A stretch of DNA of 60,454 bases from an uncultured Erysipelotrichaceae bacterium. Lineage in GTDB: Bacteria; Bacillota_I; Bacilli_A; RF39; UBA660. The stretch covers positions 1-60,454 of the forward strand of contig CADCIZ010000002.1 in assembly GCA_902801685.1 (NCBI GenBank), read 5' to 3'. The notes below the pieces were generated by a model. That model was not told where the DNA came from. It made no database searches and was given only the letters and a program-made list of their open reading frames with translations. Each line of letters opens with the position of its first letter. Position 1 is the first letter of the stretch. Both the position numbers and the translations under genes were made by a program. This document shows positions 59,047-60,454 of this stretch, piece after piece.

Positions 59047-60195
59047 TCATGCATGTTTAACCCTCCTTTTTGTTTCAATACTTACTCGCTGTACTAGTGC
59101 GATAGATATTAATAGTGATAATGTAAAACTTCCTCCATAAGACAAGAATGGTAGTGGTACACCTGTAAGTGGAATAAGACCAAATAAACCACCTAGATTG
59201 ATTGCGATATGCATAAATATATATGTCGCAACACCTATACAAATATATCTATTTTTAATTGTATCAGTAATACGTGCAAGTCTAAGTATTCGATATATTA
59301 AAACTGTATAACACAAGAATATTAAACTACCACCTACTAATCCATTTTCTTCTGATATTATAGAAAATACCATATCTGTATGTGGTTCAGGAATATAAGA
59401 ATATTTCTGAGTACTCTTACCTATACCAAGTCCAAACGCTCCACCTTTATTAATCGCAATAAATGCATTACATATCTGATATCCTGTTGTTGAATAATGT
59501 GAACATGGATTACGATAATCAAATCTTGATAATTGCGCTTTTGTAAGTGGATTACCTTTTATAACTATATAACCTAGAACTCCTACTAATAATAATACAC
59601 CACCTACAAAGATAGTTTTAAACTTATCATGCGGAAGTATTGGACTAGTTAAAAAAATAACAGTAAATATCATTGCGAGTATAATTGCAGTCCCCAAATC
59701 TTTTTGTAATACTACAAGTAGTATTAATGGAATACCAATAGACAAAATTATCAATAAATATTTTAAATGACTAACTTTATTACTAGTTAATACTTTGCTA
59801 AACTTCTCTAAATAAAAAGATAGAGCAATTATCATAATAGGTTTAGCAACCTCACTAGGTTGTAAGTTAAAGAAGCCTAAATCAATCCAGTTAGACGCAC
59901 CCCTAGTAGTAGTTCCTTGAACTATTAAAAATACATTTAAACCTATTATTCCAAAGAATAATAAAGGAATAAATTTATAATATTTTTTTAAAGGCATATT
60001 CATAACTATAATAGTCGCAACTAAGGATGCAACAAGTATTAATAAATGTCTATAAAAATAATAATAGATTGACTTTTCTAAATTTATAACTGCCTCTCTA
60101 CTTGATGCAGTTACTATATTAAATAACCCAAATAAACTAAGCACTATAGTAATAAATAGAATTAGTTTATCAGAATCTCTTATAACTCTTCTCAT
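59047..60195 (-). CDS. FtsW/RodA/SpoVE SEDS-family protein
   Basis: GASNWI..QPSE.AK, QKDLGT, GLGIGKSTQK..IPEPHTD, IPLTGVPLPFLSYGGS. Confidence 0.93.
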   Translation of the reverse strand: MRRVIRDSDKLILFITIVLSLFGLFNIVTASSREAVINLEKSIYYYFYRHLLILVASLVATIIVMNMPLKKYYKFIPLLFFGIIGLNVFLIVQGTTTRGASNWIDLGFFNLQPSEVAKPIMIIALSFYLEKFSKVLTSNKVSHLKYLLIILSIGIPLILLVVLQKDLGTAIILAMIFTVIFLTSPILPHDKFKTIFVGGVLLLVGVLGYIVIKGNPLTKAQLSRFDYRNPCSHYSTTGYQICNAFIAINKGGAFGLGIGKSTQKYSYIPEPHTDMVFSIISEENGLVGGSLIFLCYTVLIYRILRLARITDTIKNRYICIGVATYIFMHIAINLGGLFGLIPLTGVPLPFLSYGGSFTLSLLISIALVQRVSIETKRRVKHA

Positions 60196-60319
60196 ATCTC
60201 TCTCCTAAAATAATAATACCATGATTTATTAATATTTACAATAATCAAAAACTAGGTTATATTCATTATCAAAAATAAATAATTGAAATAAAATATATTG
60301 AATAGATAGGAGGGTTTAT

Positions 60320-60454
60320 ATGTATTACTATGGTGGATACCAAGGTTACGGAGGATATCCAAGCGGTGGATGTTGTAACCAAGGTGGTTATGGAACTGGC
60401 TATGGTGCAGCTATAATCTTAGTATTATTTATATTACTAGTAATTGTTATTGGC
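60320..60454 (+). CDS. YjcZ/SscA-family small sporulation protein (truncated by window end)
   Basis: MYYYGGYQGYGGYPSGGCCNQGGYGTGYGAAIILVLFILLVIVIG; GGAGG RBS. Confidence 0.75.
   Translation, partial: MYYYGGYQGYGGYPSGGCCNQGGYGTGYGAAIILVLFILLVIVIG

Noticed and set aside
1917-59140. Numerous short ORFs antisense to or nested in hisS, toxN, mscL, mnmA, smc, sigG, ftsZ, murG, sufC, pnp and others
   Set aside because: Shadow frames of well-supported genes
1-60454. Mycoplasma genetic code 4
   Set aside because: Several conserved genes (sigG, rarA, sufS) end at TGA at the expected length, and long ORFs are intact under code 11

Overview
Very AT-rich chromosomal window from a Firmicute (Bacilli-like, standard genetic code, TGA used as stop). 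It keeps cell-wall and division genes (murG, murB, divIB, ftsA, ftsZ, ftsW/rodA) and sporulation genes (spoIVB, spoIIM, sigG, ylmC, yjcZ-like). The housekeeping backbone (rnj, hisS, mscL, mnmA, xerD, rarA, holA, smc, mutL, xseAB, nusB, uvrC, sufCDS, pnp, rpsO) is interrupted by many 1-2 kb accessory islets rich in toxin/defence-type genes: a type III toxIN system, an unannotated type I TA with a duplicated antisense-RNA unit, two RhuM genes, Fic/Doc proteins, a HipA-like kinase next to a NUDIX gene, DUF488, a PD-(D/E)xK-like protein and two AAA_14/DUF4143 ATPases. Four observations stand out. (1) A BECR/PBECR-like RNase gene is preceded by a promoter, a non-repetitive multi-branched RNA and an intrinsic terminator, all inside a direct-repeat-bounded islet; this is a candidate new RNA-antitoxin system. 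(2) Both RhuM genes carry a 25-bp palindrome in the same codon register but with different sequence. (3) Several integrase-free islets are bounded by duplications of a core gene's stop codon and terminator. (4) A four-hairpin sRNA with a repeated loop motif lies upstream of ylmC. No tRNA, rRNA, CRISPR array or transposase was recognised. All family calls come from motif recognition by eye, not database searches.
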